DNA of 64,000 nucleotides from Octopus vulgaris (lineage: Eukaryota). Both the position numbers and the translations under genes were made by a program. Location of the stretch: the NCBI GenBank assembly GCA_951406725.2, contig OX597815.1, forward strand, positions 68,138,001 to 68,202,000, given 5' to 3'. Shown here piece after piece: positions 12,077-24,699 of this stretch; within the stretch, counting starts at the first letter, position 1, and every line of letters starts with the position of its first letter. The notes beneath the pieces were generated by a model. It did not search any database, was not told where the DNA came from, and saw nothing but the letters and a program-made list of their open reading frames with translations.

Positions 12077-12530
12077 CATCACTATCATCATCATTTAGTA
12101 TCCATTTTCCATGCTGGCATGGATTAGACAGTTTGACTGAAACTGATAAGCCAGAGAGCTGCACCAGGCTCCAGTCTGTTTTGGCTTGGTTTCTATGGCT
12201 GGATGCCCTGCTTAACATCAACAACTCCACAGAGTATATATAAGTATAAATAAGCAAACAACAGGTATTGAGCCAGATGATAGCATTTATATAATTATGC
12301 ATTTATACAATGTAAATGGAGAAAAGGATGCTTTACAGAGTTTAAATCATAAAAGATAAATAAAAGACTGGTTCAGGAATGTTCATAATCATCATCATCA
12401 TCGTTTAGCGTCCGTTTTCCATGCTAGCATGGGTTGGACGGTTCTACTGGGGTCTGTGAAGCCAGAAGGCTTCATCAGGCCCAGTCAAATCTGGCAGTGT
12501 TTCTACGGCTGGATGCCCTTCCTAACGCCA
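12075..12530 (-). mobile_element. Two short RTE 3'-end fragments (about 12075-12232 and 12388-12530)
   Basis: Each begins (CAT)n-TTTA..TCC.TTTTCCATGCT.GCATGG; the second closely matches 30805-30938. Confidence 0.7.
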
Positions 12531-13457
12531 TAATGGTTGTGATATATGCTGGTATACTCCTGGAATAGTTAGTCCATAGCAATGATATATGGGGTGGTGC
12601 TTTTGGTCTGCAGTGTAAAGCTGTACAGGCTTGGAGGCCCAGCAGGCATAGCAAACTCAAGGGGTTGTCCTGGGCAGCACATACTCCAACTATATCACTG
12701 TATTACAAGGATGGAAAGAGCTGAGCTGGATACTATAAGACATCTTGTTCAAGATTCTAATCCTGCTACTAATCTACTATCCTGGATTGATTCTTTAATA
12801 TCAACATTGAAAGGATGAAAGGTACAGTTGACCTCAGTGGGATTTGAACTCAAATCACTGAGGATCAGAACATATACCTAGGACATACTACCCAATGCTC
12901 TGAAAATTCCACCAATTCACCACCAGGATATTAAAATATTAATGTTCACGTTGCAGTTGCTGTTGCTGTTGTTGTTATTGTTGTTGTTGGTGGTGGTGGT
13001 GGAAGAACAGTACATATGATAGTGTCCGACTTTTCAAATTGATTTTTTAAAGCATGTGACAAATTATAGACCATCTATTACAAAACTAGTTTTTTTCTTT
13101 TTCAATATTCTTCAAAAAAATTTATGAAGCAATAATTAAATCATGCATAAATCATTATCTTTCTTCTAATGACACAGTTATTATATCTTATTAACACCTT
13201 CTTAGTAGTTAGCACTCAACAATCTCACTGCTGATTTCCATAACATAGAAAATAACAAAAATATTTATTATAGATTGCAGAAATTGTTTTGACTGTCACA
13301 GATATTTTAAAAACTTTCTAAAAAAGAAAAAATGATTATGAAATTATAAAATGATAAAATAATGAAATAAATTCATTTATAAATTCAAACAATGTATTAG
13401 TTTAGCTCTCATCATCTTTGGTGTTGTCACAACCACATACTTTCTTTCATTCAGACT

Positions 13458-13511
<54 letters not shown>

Positions 13512-13544
13512 TTTGATATTCAGAATAAATCACCTAGTTGTTAC

Positions 13545-14160
<616 letters not shown>

Positions 14161-14280
14161 TGTATGTCTTTCACTCTCTCTCTCTCCCTCTCTTTGAATA
14201 TATGTGTGTGTGTGTGTGTGTATCGACAGTAAATCATAAATATGAAAAAGAAGCACACTCTAAATTATAGAGCAGCAGAG

Positions 14281-14580
14281 TATATAGATAAAGGTAGATA
14301 TGGCTAGTTTATGGGGTTACTCTGGGTTTCATGACCATAAAACACTTAGCTTTACAGCATTTCTTCGGACCCTAAAACCTGTTGGCCTATGGCCTCTCTA
14401 GCAAGTGACCTCTCTAGAAAATGGAGACAGAAAAGACTTCATTACCATATATTAACAACAAGGGAATGCCACAGGCCAACAGGTTTTAGGGTCTGAAGGA
14501 ATGCTGTAAAGTTAAGGACTTTATGGACATGAAACCCAGGGTATCCCCATAAACTGGCCATATCTATCTTTATCTATATA
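14281..14580. mobile_element. Fold-back MITE with ~110 bp inverted arms
   Basis: 14281-14392 is an imperfect reverse complement of 14468-14580 (TATATAGATAAAG.TAGATATGGC.AGTTTATGGGG...TAAAACCTGTTGGCCT). Confidence 0.75.
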
Positions 14581-14597
14581 TGTACATATATATATAT

Positions 14598-14745
14598 AGG
14601 CACAGCTCCTTGATTAAGAAGTTTGCTTCCCAGTCACATGGTTTCAGGTTCAAACCCACTGCATGATACCTTGGGAAAATGTTTTCAACTATAGTTCCAG
14701 GTTAATCAAAGCCTTGTGAGAGGATTTGGTAGAAGAAAACTGCAA
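14598..14745 (+). mobile_element. tRNA-derived SINE head
   Basis: AAGAAGTTTGCTTCCCAGTCACATGGTTTCAGGTTCAAACCCACTGC...AAAGCCTTGTGAG.GGATTTGGTAG, shared with many copies. Confidence 0.65.
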
Positions 14746-14960
14746 GCAGCCAGTGGATCATTGCCGATTTTTTTCCTCCATCTTCCTTTTCTCTTGGACT
14801 TTCCTCCACCTCCTGTTTTTGATGAAGAGCTTTGTTCAAAACATAAAAACTACTTTTCTTTCCTTCCCTGCATTTGCTAATACTTTGCATGTACCACATC
14901 TTCACATTGTTGGTTTTTTTCTTGTGCTTTTCCTTGTTTTGGTGGGGTTAACTATATGTG

Positions 14961-15022
<62 letters not shown>

Positions 15023-15097
15023 TACATACACACACACACATATATATATATACATACACATATACACACACACACACATATATATACATATATGTAC

Positions 15098-15319
15098 ACG
15101 TGGCCGTTCGCCAGCCTCGTCTGGCACCTGTGTCGGTGGCACATAAAATCACCCACTACACTCTCGGAGTGGTTGGCGTTAGGAAGGGCATCCAGCTGTA
15201 GAAACACTGCCAGATCTGACTGGCCTGGTGCAGCCTTCGGGCTCCCCAGACTCCAGTTGAACCGTCCAACCCATGCTAGCATGGAAAGCGGACGTTAAAT
15301 GAGGATGATGATGATGATG
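15098..15319 (+). mobile_element. RTE LINE 3'-end fragment
   Basis: One hairpin unit plus conserved terminus and (GAT)n tail; follows a TA/CA microsatellite. Confidence 0.8.
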
Positions 15320-16124
15320 ACACACATGATATAGAAAATTTACTTCAACCAAATTCTGTCTAACCCATGCAAGCAGAGGAAAGCAGACATTAAACATTGA
15401 TGATGATGGTGGTGGTGGTGGTGGTATATGCATACACACACTCATATCGTCTGACTTGTTTGGAAATAGTGTTTTGGAACTAAAACATTGCATCATAGTA
15501 AGATGAGCTTTGACAAGTGAATCCTATTCAACTGTAACAAGATACAGTCACAATACGTGTTACAGAGTAAGTCATGCAATACTGCAGCCACAATTCTCAC
15601 AAACAGTACACAAAATTAAATCCTTACAATTGGTATAAAAGCAGCTCTTTTCTGGGGCTATTAACCCCAAAATCCTCATCTCAAAGCAGCAGAAATCACT
15701 CCAGTCCTAAACATTGGTTGACCCTCTCTAAAGCATAAATGCAACTCATAGAGTACCATTCATATATTCAGCTGATTAACAAACATCCATTCAGTAGCAT
15801 GTTACAACTAGCAGCTCACTCGAGGTTTGTGTATGCTGCCTCATCTATTAGGAATTCAACAATTACTGCTCCCCTAAAATATCAGTTTCTCTACTATCCA
15901 ATTACACACCCTTTTTTTCCTTTCCTCATCCCTAAAGTATTCCACCCAACAAGCCATATTACTAAATAGTATGACTAATTCTTTCTCCCAAGAACTGCAG
16001 CCCTCTAGTGTGCCTACCAAGTTCATATTTTCTCTGAAGAAGGTCAAGCTGAACATCAACTATATAATCTTGTCAAGAGGTAAAGATGTCATGCTTCCAT
16101 GGGTTAAATATTAAAAAAGAAGAA

Positions 16125-16380
16125 CATCATTGTTTTAATGTCCACTTTTCTATGCTTGCATGGGTTGGATGGAGTTTCTTGAGGCAGATTTTCTACAGCC
16201 AGATCTCCATCCTGTTGCCAACTCTCACCTGTTTCCAAACTAGGTAATATTTCCATCATGGCCAAATATGTTTTTGCAGGATATTGAGAAAGAATGACAC
16301 CTCTTATATGACAGTGGTAATCATTTACAATTATCACTTGATGTTAAGACAAACATACATACACTCACATTTGTGCACAC
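16125..16380 (-). mobile_element. SINE 3' body with RTE-type tail
   Basis: Reverse complement of the 2004-2250/41365-41686 family. Confidence 0.65.
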
Positions 16381-16390
16381 ACACAGAGAC

Positions 16391-16462
<72 letters not shown>

Positions 16463-16465
<3 letters not shown>

Positions 16466-16620
16466 CATCATCATCATCCTCATTTAACGTCCGCTTTCCA
16501 TGCTAGCATGGGTTGGACGGTTCAACTGGAGTCTGGGGAGCCCGAAGGCTGCACCAGGCCAGTCAGATCTGGCAGTGTTTCTACAGCTGGATGCCCTTCC
16601 TAACGCCAACCACTCCGAGA

Positions 16621-16622
<2 letters not shown>
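16463..16622 (-). mobile_element. RTE LINE 3'-end fragment inside (TA)n
   Basis: Reverse complement of 15159-15318, flanked by (TA)n on both sides. Confidence 0.8.
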
Positions 16623-16687
<65 letters not shown>

Positions 16688-16892
16688 TAGATAAATGGTA
16701 CAACAAGGCACCAATATTTACTGGAAAATAGCAATCGATATAAATACGCTATTGTATAGCTTCACTGCGTATATACAAGCAAAAACGTGTGTGTGCAACA
16801 AACATGAAAAAAATTTGTCTTACCTCTAGGAAGAACATTCGATAAATGGACAACCTAGAATCAGATAATGCAGGACCAGTTTCTAATGTATG

Positions 16893-16923
<31 letters not shown>

Positions 16924-17167
16924 TGTCTTGTTCTTGTTACCATTTTCACCCTCCGCAAAAAATCCCAAATTTTATTTAATTTGCTTTGCAGGAAGGACTG
17001 TTTCAACGAAGTCGCGTATTGTACTTGCCTTCGAAATGTGGAGTAGATTAATCAGGGACAACTGAAGAAGGGGAATATTCTTTATATTGCATGTCTCATT
17101 TCTCTGTATGTTTTTTTCATTGTTCCAAAAAAAGTTTGTTTCTATGTTTTTGTGTTTATGTTTTCGT

Positions 17168-17575
17168 TTCCAGTTCATCATTATCCACCTTAGTCTCAGG
17201 TTTACCATGGGGCTGATTTTAAAGCATAGAGTCACTAGACCAGAACTTCTCAAACCATCAACATACAGTGTGCTCATTTGACACATCTTCACCAAAAACC
17301 TCATTGATGTTTCAAGCTATCTGGGATACATCAGTTCCATGATGGAACTCATATTCATAAACAACACAAATTTTTTATTTATCCATGGGTTCACAAAATT
17401 TGATTTATGAGAGAAAACTCAAAATATAATCAGACACCATGAATTGCATTTCGGAATGTGATGATGTAACTCTTCAATGTTGTAAAACAAAGAATTTTCA
17501 AGATAGATCATTAGAGTTAATGACTATCCAACTTGGTGCATAAGAAAATCGGACATTTCATTCTTAATGACCTGA
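17168..17575 (-). mobile_element. Mariner 5' fragment (TIR plus N-terminal HTH pseudogene)
   Basis: Minus strand reads YEYEFHHGTDVSQIA*NINEVFGEDVSNEHTVC*WFEKFWS..QPHGKPETKVDNDELE (Mos1-type HTH); TIR-like TA-TCAGGTCATTAAGAATGAAATGTCCG at 17575. Confidence 0.75.
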
Positions 17576-18837
17576 TAATTTCCCTCAGTTGTAGCAATTC
17601 CTTGAATGGAATAATTGTCTTTGCTTTTGCTTTCAGTCTTTTAATTCTTTCAGTGTAATCTTTGGAGACTCAACCTTTTATTTGGCATATTACTGTCCCC
17701 ATGAGTGCTATAATACTGAAACGCATTACATTTCTTTGTTATTGAAAATGTGGTATCAGAGAGTAAAGCAAGCAATTTTATCGCCATCAAACACTCCAAA
17801 ATTTGGTAATTTCCATTTGTCATTTAAGACTTAATTTTCTTCTTTCAACAATTTTTTCAATTTTTAATTTTATTTTTGATATGATATGGAATGCAGGGGA
17901 AGCGTTAATGAAGTAATTTACAGTAAAAGACACTAATAACTAACTGATTGATTGATCATAACAACAACAACAGGGCTATGAAATAATCAGGGACTGAAAA
18001 TTTTGATAGTGGGACATGTATACATGCAACACTTTTGAAATCAAAAATCATTGACTACCATTTGCCAATAATTATTGTTCTTCAATAAAATAACCATTTA
18101 TGTATCATATTTGATGTATACTCACTGTGAATGTATACCCAAATTTTGGTCTTCGATATACAGGACTAACTGTATGCTTTGTTATCATTTGTTATTTTTT
18201 AACATGTTGGTAACCTGAGCAAAATACAGGTTGGCTCAAAACAGGTATATCTGTTAAGTCATAGAATCGAGATTATGGTCTCTAACACAAATATCTGTTA
18301 TACTCCTTCTTGATTTGAATGCTACATTTCAGCATTGGGCTCCTCAGTATTCTCTTACTGAGTTTTGTGCATTTAGCAGTGTTTATTGATAAAACCAATG
18401 GTCTTAAGCTTGCTTCCCTACCATGTTGGGTTTGTGGTTGCAGTATTTGTCCCGAGTTAATCTTCTGGATGTTCTGCGTTAAAAAACACAATAAATACTG
18501 GTGGGAGATTTTTTCCTATATTAGAGGCAATGAATTCTCATCTGGTTGAAAAAACATACCATTGAAAAAGCACAAAAGTGTTTGGCATTCTTGCTAACTG
18601 CTGCTGCTGGGACAAATTTTCATCTCCCACTGACATTTATTGTTTTTGTCGTACCATGCCCAGAAAAGATATTATCTCTGGACAAATACCGCAATGACTG
18701 GCCTATTGACAGTGTATGTATATAAATATGATACATAGATGGCTATTTTAATACTACTTTAATTGCATATACCTGAGTTTTGGTCTTCAATATACAGGGC
18801 AAACTGTATTTTTTGTGTATTTTTTATTGTTTTAATT

Positions 18838-19055
18838 AAGGTGGCGAGCTGGTAGAATGGTTAGCACACTGAGCAAAATTCTTAGCAGCATTTCATCTGT
18901 CTGCACGTCTTGAGTTCAAATTCCACCAAGATTGATTTTGCCTTTCATCCTTTCAAGGTCAATGAAATGAGTACCAGCCAAATACTGGGGTGAATGTAAT
19001 AGACTAGCCTCCTCTCCCAAAATTTCAGGCTTTGTGCCTCTAGTAGAAAAGATTG
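18838..19055 (+). mobile_element. tRNA-derived SINE (GGCGAGCTGGCAGAA family)
   Basis: Head GGTGGCGAGCTGGTAGAATGGTTAGC, GAGTTCAAATTCC box, core GCCTTTCATCCTTTC..GGTC.AT.AAAT.AGTACCAG; many copies in the window. Confidence 0.75.
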
Positions 19056-19277
19056 TTTTCAATTATTAACCTATTGGTATCCCCAGCAAAATACATCTGT
19101 TTACTTGTAGGCCCAGAACAGGTATATCCAATAGGTCATATAGTCTCTAGATTTTGGTCCCTAACACAAATATGTGCCACACCCCTTGATTTGAATGCTA
19201 CATTTCAGCAATAGGCTCCTCAGTATTCTCTAAGTTTTGTGTATTTAGCAGTGTTTATTAATATCATGAATGGTCTT

Positions 19278-19416
19278 AAGCTTGCTTCCCAACCATGTTG
19301 TCTCAGGTTCAGTTCCATTGCATGTCACCTAGGGCTAGTGTCTTCTAATTTAGCCCCAGGCCGACCAAAGCCTCGTGAGTGGATTTGGTAAACAGAAACT
19401 AGAAGAAGACTGTCAT
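19278..19416 (+). mobile_element. tRNA-derived SINE head
   Basis: AAGCTTGCTTCCCAACCA...GGCCGACCAAAGCCTCGTGAGTGGATTTGGTA, then (TA)n. Confidence 0.7.
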
Positions 19417-19436
19417 ATATATATATATATATTTAT

Positions 19437-20194
19437 CAGAGGCGACTCCAGGTTATCAGCATCACTCAAGCTCATCCCAGATTTCACATTTATCCACTTT
19501 ATTTCTAGCCCCAAATGGTTTATTTTTTATATCTAGCACTATGCCTTTATCCATTTCTAAGTTAAGGGTTAAAATAAAGCAACCCCACAAAACACAGCTG
19601 ATCTATACACACAGATGCACAGAATAACAACAATCAAATAATGTCAGCAGAGTGCACGACAAACATCAGTAATCTGACTGTTGCCTATACTCTTGACAAG
19701 ATATGATAGTTAGTCTTTTACACCTACCTGGCTCGTTCATATTAGCCTGAGTTGCTGGATAATTTTTTGTTCCTTTAAGAATATTGTAGAAAGGAAACTT
19801 TTCATAGATTGCAATTTAAATCCTAATCTCTATAGAAATTTATTGTTTCCAGAAAACAGTGAATTTGAATTACTTTTAATTTTTACGATTAAAGATAACA
19901 ACTCAGGCTGTAACTTCTGAGCCTTAGTCAGGCGCATGTGAACTATGTTGAGAGAATGTCTGCTACGAATGATTTTTTTTGTGACACAGGGCACCTCTAA
20001 GATGACTGCCAGACACTAAACGAAAATAAGTAAACTGTGACCAGGCTCAATAAAAGGAGCTGAAGTTATTGACTGAAATTACATACTTGAAGTTAGTGTT
20101 GGTAGAAATTAAATCAGCTTGCAAGTACACACTCACTTTACTAAATTTATATTCTGGCTAAGCCCGAACAGCGCAAGTGCCAGAGTCACCACTG
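19437..20194. mobile_element. Non-autonomous DNA transposon, hAT-like
   Basis: Imperfect TIRs CAGAGGCGACTCCAG / CCAGAGTCACCACTG; 8 bp flanks ATATTTAT/ATATATAT; no ORF. Confidence 0.6.
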
Positions 20195-20349
20195 ATATAT
20201 ATATATGACAGTCTTCTTCCAGTTTCTGTCTACCAAATAATGCATACATGTGTGTGTGTGTGTGTGTGTATAAGTCATCTAAGTCATGAAAAAATGCATT
20301 CCTATATCTGTCAATAGAGTGGGTATATAATCCAAAATATATAGCATTA

Positions 20350-21330
20350 TATATCCATTACAGCCAATCTTACCAATCAGTTTCACTGTAAAGGGAGTCA
20401 ATGGAGTGTTAGGTAACAATCCGATTATGTGACCCTACACTCATCAGAGGTAGCCAATATGAAACGAAATATGGCAACTGCTCTCTATTGTTGGAGGTGA
20501 ATAGACACATCCAGTTTGCAGTTGCTTTGAAAAGATAAAGAAAAGAAACGAGTAGGTGATTGAGTTAAGAGTAATGTCCCTTGGTACCAAAACGTTGCCA
20601 CTGAGGTGGTTATGTTGCAAGTTGTTAAGAGTTATCTTGAAGTGTTTATGGGAAATGTGTGCATCCTTTAGGTTGGTGTTCTTGTTGAAATAGAATTTGT
20701 GTAGTAGTACTATATGTATATCCTTTGCAGGGGTATAGGCATACATATGTGTTTGTTAGTTGTTTTCTTTCTTTTATGTATTGATTAAGTTTGTGGGGCA
20801 TTTATGTGTGCATGCAGTGTGTGTAAGGGTAGAATGTGTGAGAGTTTATATTGGGGGTAGCAGAAAACAGTCTATTGGGTACGTGTCTGCCATGTTGGGG
20901 CGTGCATATTCGTTTGTGGGTGTGTTAGTCTATACTCTGATCAAATTCTTTGCCAGACTCAACAGTTTTGGTGGAAGGTATTGGATTGTAGTCATGATGG
21001 GGCACACAGGTATGATCGGATGTACTTCCTTTCATGTGGGCAAGGATTAAAAATTTCACTTCTGCTATTCAGGTAAATGCCTAGGTGCTGAGAGCTCTTT
21101 AAAATTGCTCTTTTCTCAGCCAGGCATAATGTGCACTTTCTGTTGCTATTGAAATATGGTTTACATTTCTCTAGGATACTTTCACTTTATGCTGTACTCA
21201 GTGGCACTTTCTTTCAAAGACCAAACATGCTTGGTCAGGGTTGTGACATTATGTCTCTCCAGAATTTGAAGGAGGATGTGTGGTTGTTATAGTGGGTTCT
21301 GAAGAGGCCTTCAATTACTCCCACATACTT
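20350..21330 (-). mobile_element. Penelope-like element 3' remnant (GIY-YIG C-terminus plus terminal repeat)
   Basis: Decayed minus-strand peptides around 21030-21330 (EGLFRTHYNNHTSSF, WSLK, LCL.EKRAI, LNSRSEIFNPCPH) typical of the Penelope endonuclease end; hammerhead-like core downstream at 20365-20450. Confidence 0.6.
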
Positions 21331-21399
21331 TAGCACATTTGGTTGCCCATTTGGTCCTATGGCCATTACCTCTACCTTTGAATGTGTGTGTTTGTGTGT

Positions 21400-21614
21400 T
21401 CGCTGTCTAAACATTAAGTGAGATTGTGCATCATCAAGATACAAGCAAGGTTGTTTGTTTCCAGTCTTTTGTGAATAACATATCAGGCCATAGGAAAATA
21501 TTACTTTGCTTGGAAACAGGTGAGAGTTGGAGACACAAAAGGCATCTGTTTATAGAAAACCTGCCTCCATGAATTCGATCTGACTCATACAAGCATAGAA
21601 AAATGGTAATTAAA

Positions 21615-21646
<32 letters not shown>

Positions 21647-21648
21647 AA
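21400..21648 (+). mobile_element. SINE 3' body with (GAT)n tail
   Basis: Same family as 2004-2250. Confidence 0.65.
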
Positions 21649-22181
21649 CATTTACATGTGTTTTGTACTTATGTGGGGTGAATGATTTCTACAGCCAGTT
21701 ATATTTCATTCACTTTACTCCCAGTATGATGCATTAGCATAAGCTTGTATCTATTTTGTTAGAGTTCAGCAATTTAGACAGTTATATTTTTATTATTACA
21801 ACTGCTCTGTATTTATATCTTTTCATATGAATAAAGATTTATCTCAACAAACAACAGAATATTGTACTTGTTACTTGATACTAAGAAGGTCACAAGTTTC
21901 CCATCCTTGTTAGTAACTATAATCTGAATATCTTTCACTAATCTTTCTTCTCTATATCATTATTCTGGACTTCTTTCTTGAGATATCACTTCTTCACTAA
22001 ATATTATTCCACAATCTGAAGGTGTGAGTAGGCATAGGTATAGCTGTGTGATAAGAAGTGGTTGCAGGCTCAGTCCCACAGCATGGCACCTTGGGCAATG
22101 TCTTCTACTCCAGCCCTGGGCCAGCCAAAGCCTTGTGAGTGGATTTGGTAGGGGGAAACCTGTCATGTATATATACATATA

Positions 22182-23454
22182 CAGGGGTTGGACAAAATAA
22201 TGGAAACACCTAGCATCATAGCATCATAATTTTGAAATATCTATAAAACCATCAAAAGCTTGTTTATTTTCATGCTTTTTGATTTATTACTAGTGTTGCT
22301 TAATATGTTTTGCTAAAATAGCTGTTTCTTTTTCAGATATCATCAGAAAAAGGTAATTAAAATTCATAAAAATGGAACATCTATCAGACTTTCAAAGAGG
22401 TCAACTTGTTGGTACTCATATGGCAGGCACGAGCATAATGAAAACTGTCAAAATGTTTGATGTATCAAGAAGTACTGTTTCAAAAGTAATGACAGCCTTT
22501 GAGAAAGAGGGAAAAACCTCCTCGTTGAAACAAAAACTCTGGAAGAAAACCAAAAATTTCATATAGGGACCATTGGACTCTTATGCAAATTGTTAGAAAG
22601 GATCAAAAAAGTACAGCTCCCAAATTTACTGCAGAGCTTAATGACCACATCAAGATACCACTTTCCACAAAAACTGTTCACCAGGAGCTGCAAAAAGCCA
22701 GATTTCATGGGAGAGTTGCAATCAGAAAACCACTACTTTCAAAAACAAACATTGCAAAGAGTTTAGAGTGGAGTAAAAACCTACAGAATTGGTCCCTAGA
22801 GCAGTGGAAGAATGTTATTTTCTCAGACCAGTCATCCTTTATCTTATCTCTGAACACCAGCCGAGTATACGAGTGGAGACAGCCAAAAGAAGCATTTGAC
22901 TCAGACTACCTTCTTCCAACTGTTAAACATGGAGGAGGATCTGAGATGATCTGGGGAGCTATATCTTGGAAATATGCTGGCTCAATGGTTTCCCTTCATG
23001 GCAGAATTAATAGTCAAGATTTTTTAAGCATTTTATCTGATCAAATTCATCCTATGGCTATGGAACTGGTTCTGGAGGGAAACAATCTTTCAGGATGATA
23101 ATGCACCAATTCACACAGCTAAATTTGTTACTGAATGGCATGAGGAACATTCTAGGGAAGTTGAACATCTTATCTGGCCACCACAGTCCCCAGATCTCAA
23201 TATTATTGAATATTTATGGTGCATTTTAGAAAAACAAGTAAGGAGTTGATATCTTCCACCATCATCACTACAAGAACTGGAGACTGTTTTAGCTGAAGAA
23301 CGGACAAAAATTCCTTTGGAAACAATTCAAACTTTGTACGAGTCCATACCTTGTAGAATTCAAGCTGTAATTACTGCCAAAGGCAGTCCTACCCCATATT
23401 AAAATAAATTTGTTTGATATTTTAAAGTGTTTCCATTAATTTGTCCAACACCTG
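22182..23454 (+). mobile_element. Full-length Tc1-family transposon (DD36E), 1273 bp
   Basis: 28 bp TIRs CAGGGGTTGGACAAAATAATGGAAACAC / GTGTTTCCATTAATTTGTCCAACACCTG with TA TSD. Confidence 0.95.
22372..23402 (+). pseudogene. Tc1 transposase pseudogene (frameshifts and a stop)
   Basis: MEHLSDFQRGQ HTH, RKPLLS, VIFSDQSSF, TVKHGGGS.MIWG, FQDDNAPIH, WPPQSPDLNIIE, AKGSPTPY*. Confidence 0.9.
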
Positions 23455-24699
23455 TATATCTATGAGTGTGTCTGTCTTTGTCCCCCACTACTACCTGGCA
23501 ACTGGTGTTGGTGTTTTATGTCTCTGTAACTTAACAGTTTGGCAAAAGAGACCAATAGAGTAAGTACCAGGCTTTAAAAAAAAAAGGTCTGTGGTTGATT
23601 CATTCAACTAAAAATTCTTCAAGACAGTGCCCCAACATGACTGAAACAATTAAAAGATAAAAGAAATCAAAGAAATGTTTACTCTTCTTTACAGTAACAG
23701 ATCACTGGTTTTATAAGAGAAGAATATCTGTTACACCCCAGAAATTACAGGCAATTGAAATTTGAATCCTGGGTTGGACCCAAAAGGCAAAGCTTATTAT
23801 TAACAGTGGTCATAGACCAATTTAGTCTTTCGAAGAATGTTGTCCCATAGAAGGAATAGATATGAGATGGAGAGAAAACTGAGTTGAAGAGAAACCTGAC
23901 AGAGATCTGATTGAAACTAAAAAGTAAGGCTGAGATTATTTGGAACAGTGGTCAGTAACCAATTTGATCTTTGAGTTAAGATAAAACTCAACATGATCTG
24001 AATCCTAAGTGAATACACATGATACTACAAAGCATTTTTATAGTGCTCAAGCCATTCTACTAGTTTCACCACCTTATGCAAAGATAATAACGTTCTTATC
24101 CAGTATATCACGAACACCAAGTAGATAAAATGCTATTGGCCCCTTCCCTTTAGCTATATCGGTTACAAGAGTTTAAAAGATTTTTTCTAAATTCTGGTTT
24201 ACTATTGAAAGTTTTAGTACTTTGCGTCCTTTCAGTGAAGGTATGTAGCTTAGCAGTCAGGGTGTTGGGCTCATGATCATAATGTTATAGGTACAATTCT
24301 TGGACCAGGTGTTGCATTGTTTTTTGTGAGCAAGGCACTTCATTTCATGTTACCTTTCAATCTACTTAATAGTAAATGATTGCCAGTCAAGTGTTGGAGC
24401 AGCCCTCTCTCTCACCTTTCATCTGTCACATCCTGGATCTTCACCTGTGTCATGGATAGGAGGGCCAAGAAGGTGTTGATATCTGCACAACTACATAGGT
24501 ACCTAAAAGATCAGTGAAAGCATCGTTCCTACTACTAAGCCATTTTTGTTGTACTTGATAGCAGTGGTTCATAGTTTTTATCCTTTCACAGGTATTGTAT
24601 TGTGTTTATGGCTAAACCATTTAATTCTCAAATGGCTGAAATTATAAAGCTGTAAATGTGTACCATTTCACAAGTGTTTTGTTGCTTTCCAAGATCTAT

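Larger units (their letters stand above)
22030..23665 (+). mobile_element. SINE split by the Tc1 insertion
   Basis: Head at 22030-22170 and body at 23460-23665 together match the uninterrupted copy at 47056-47450. Confidence 0.65.
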
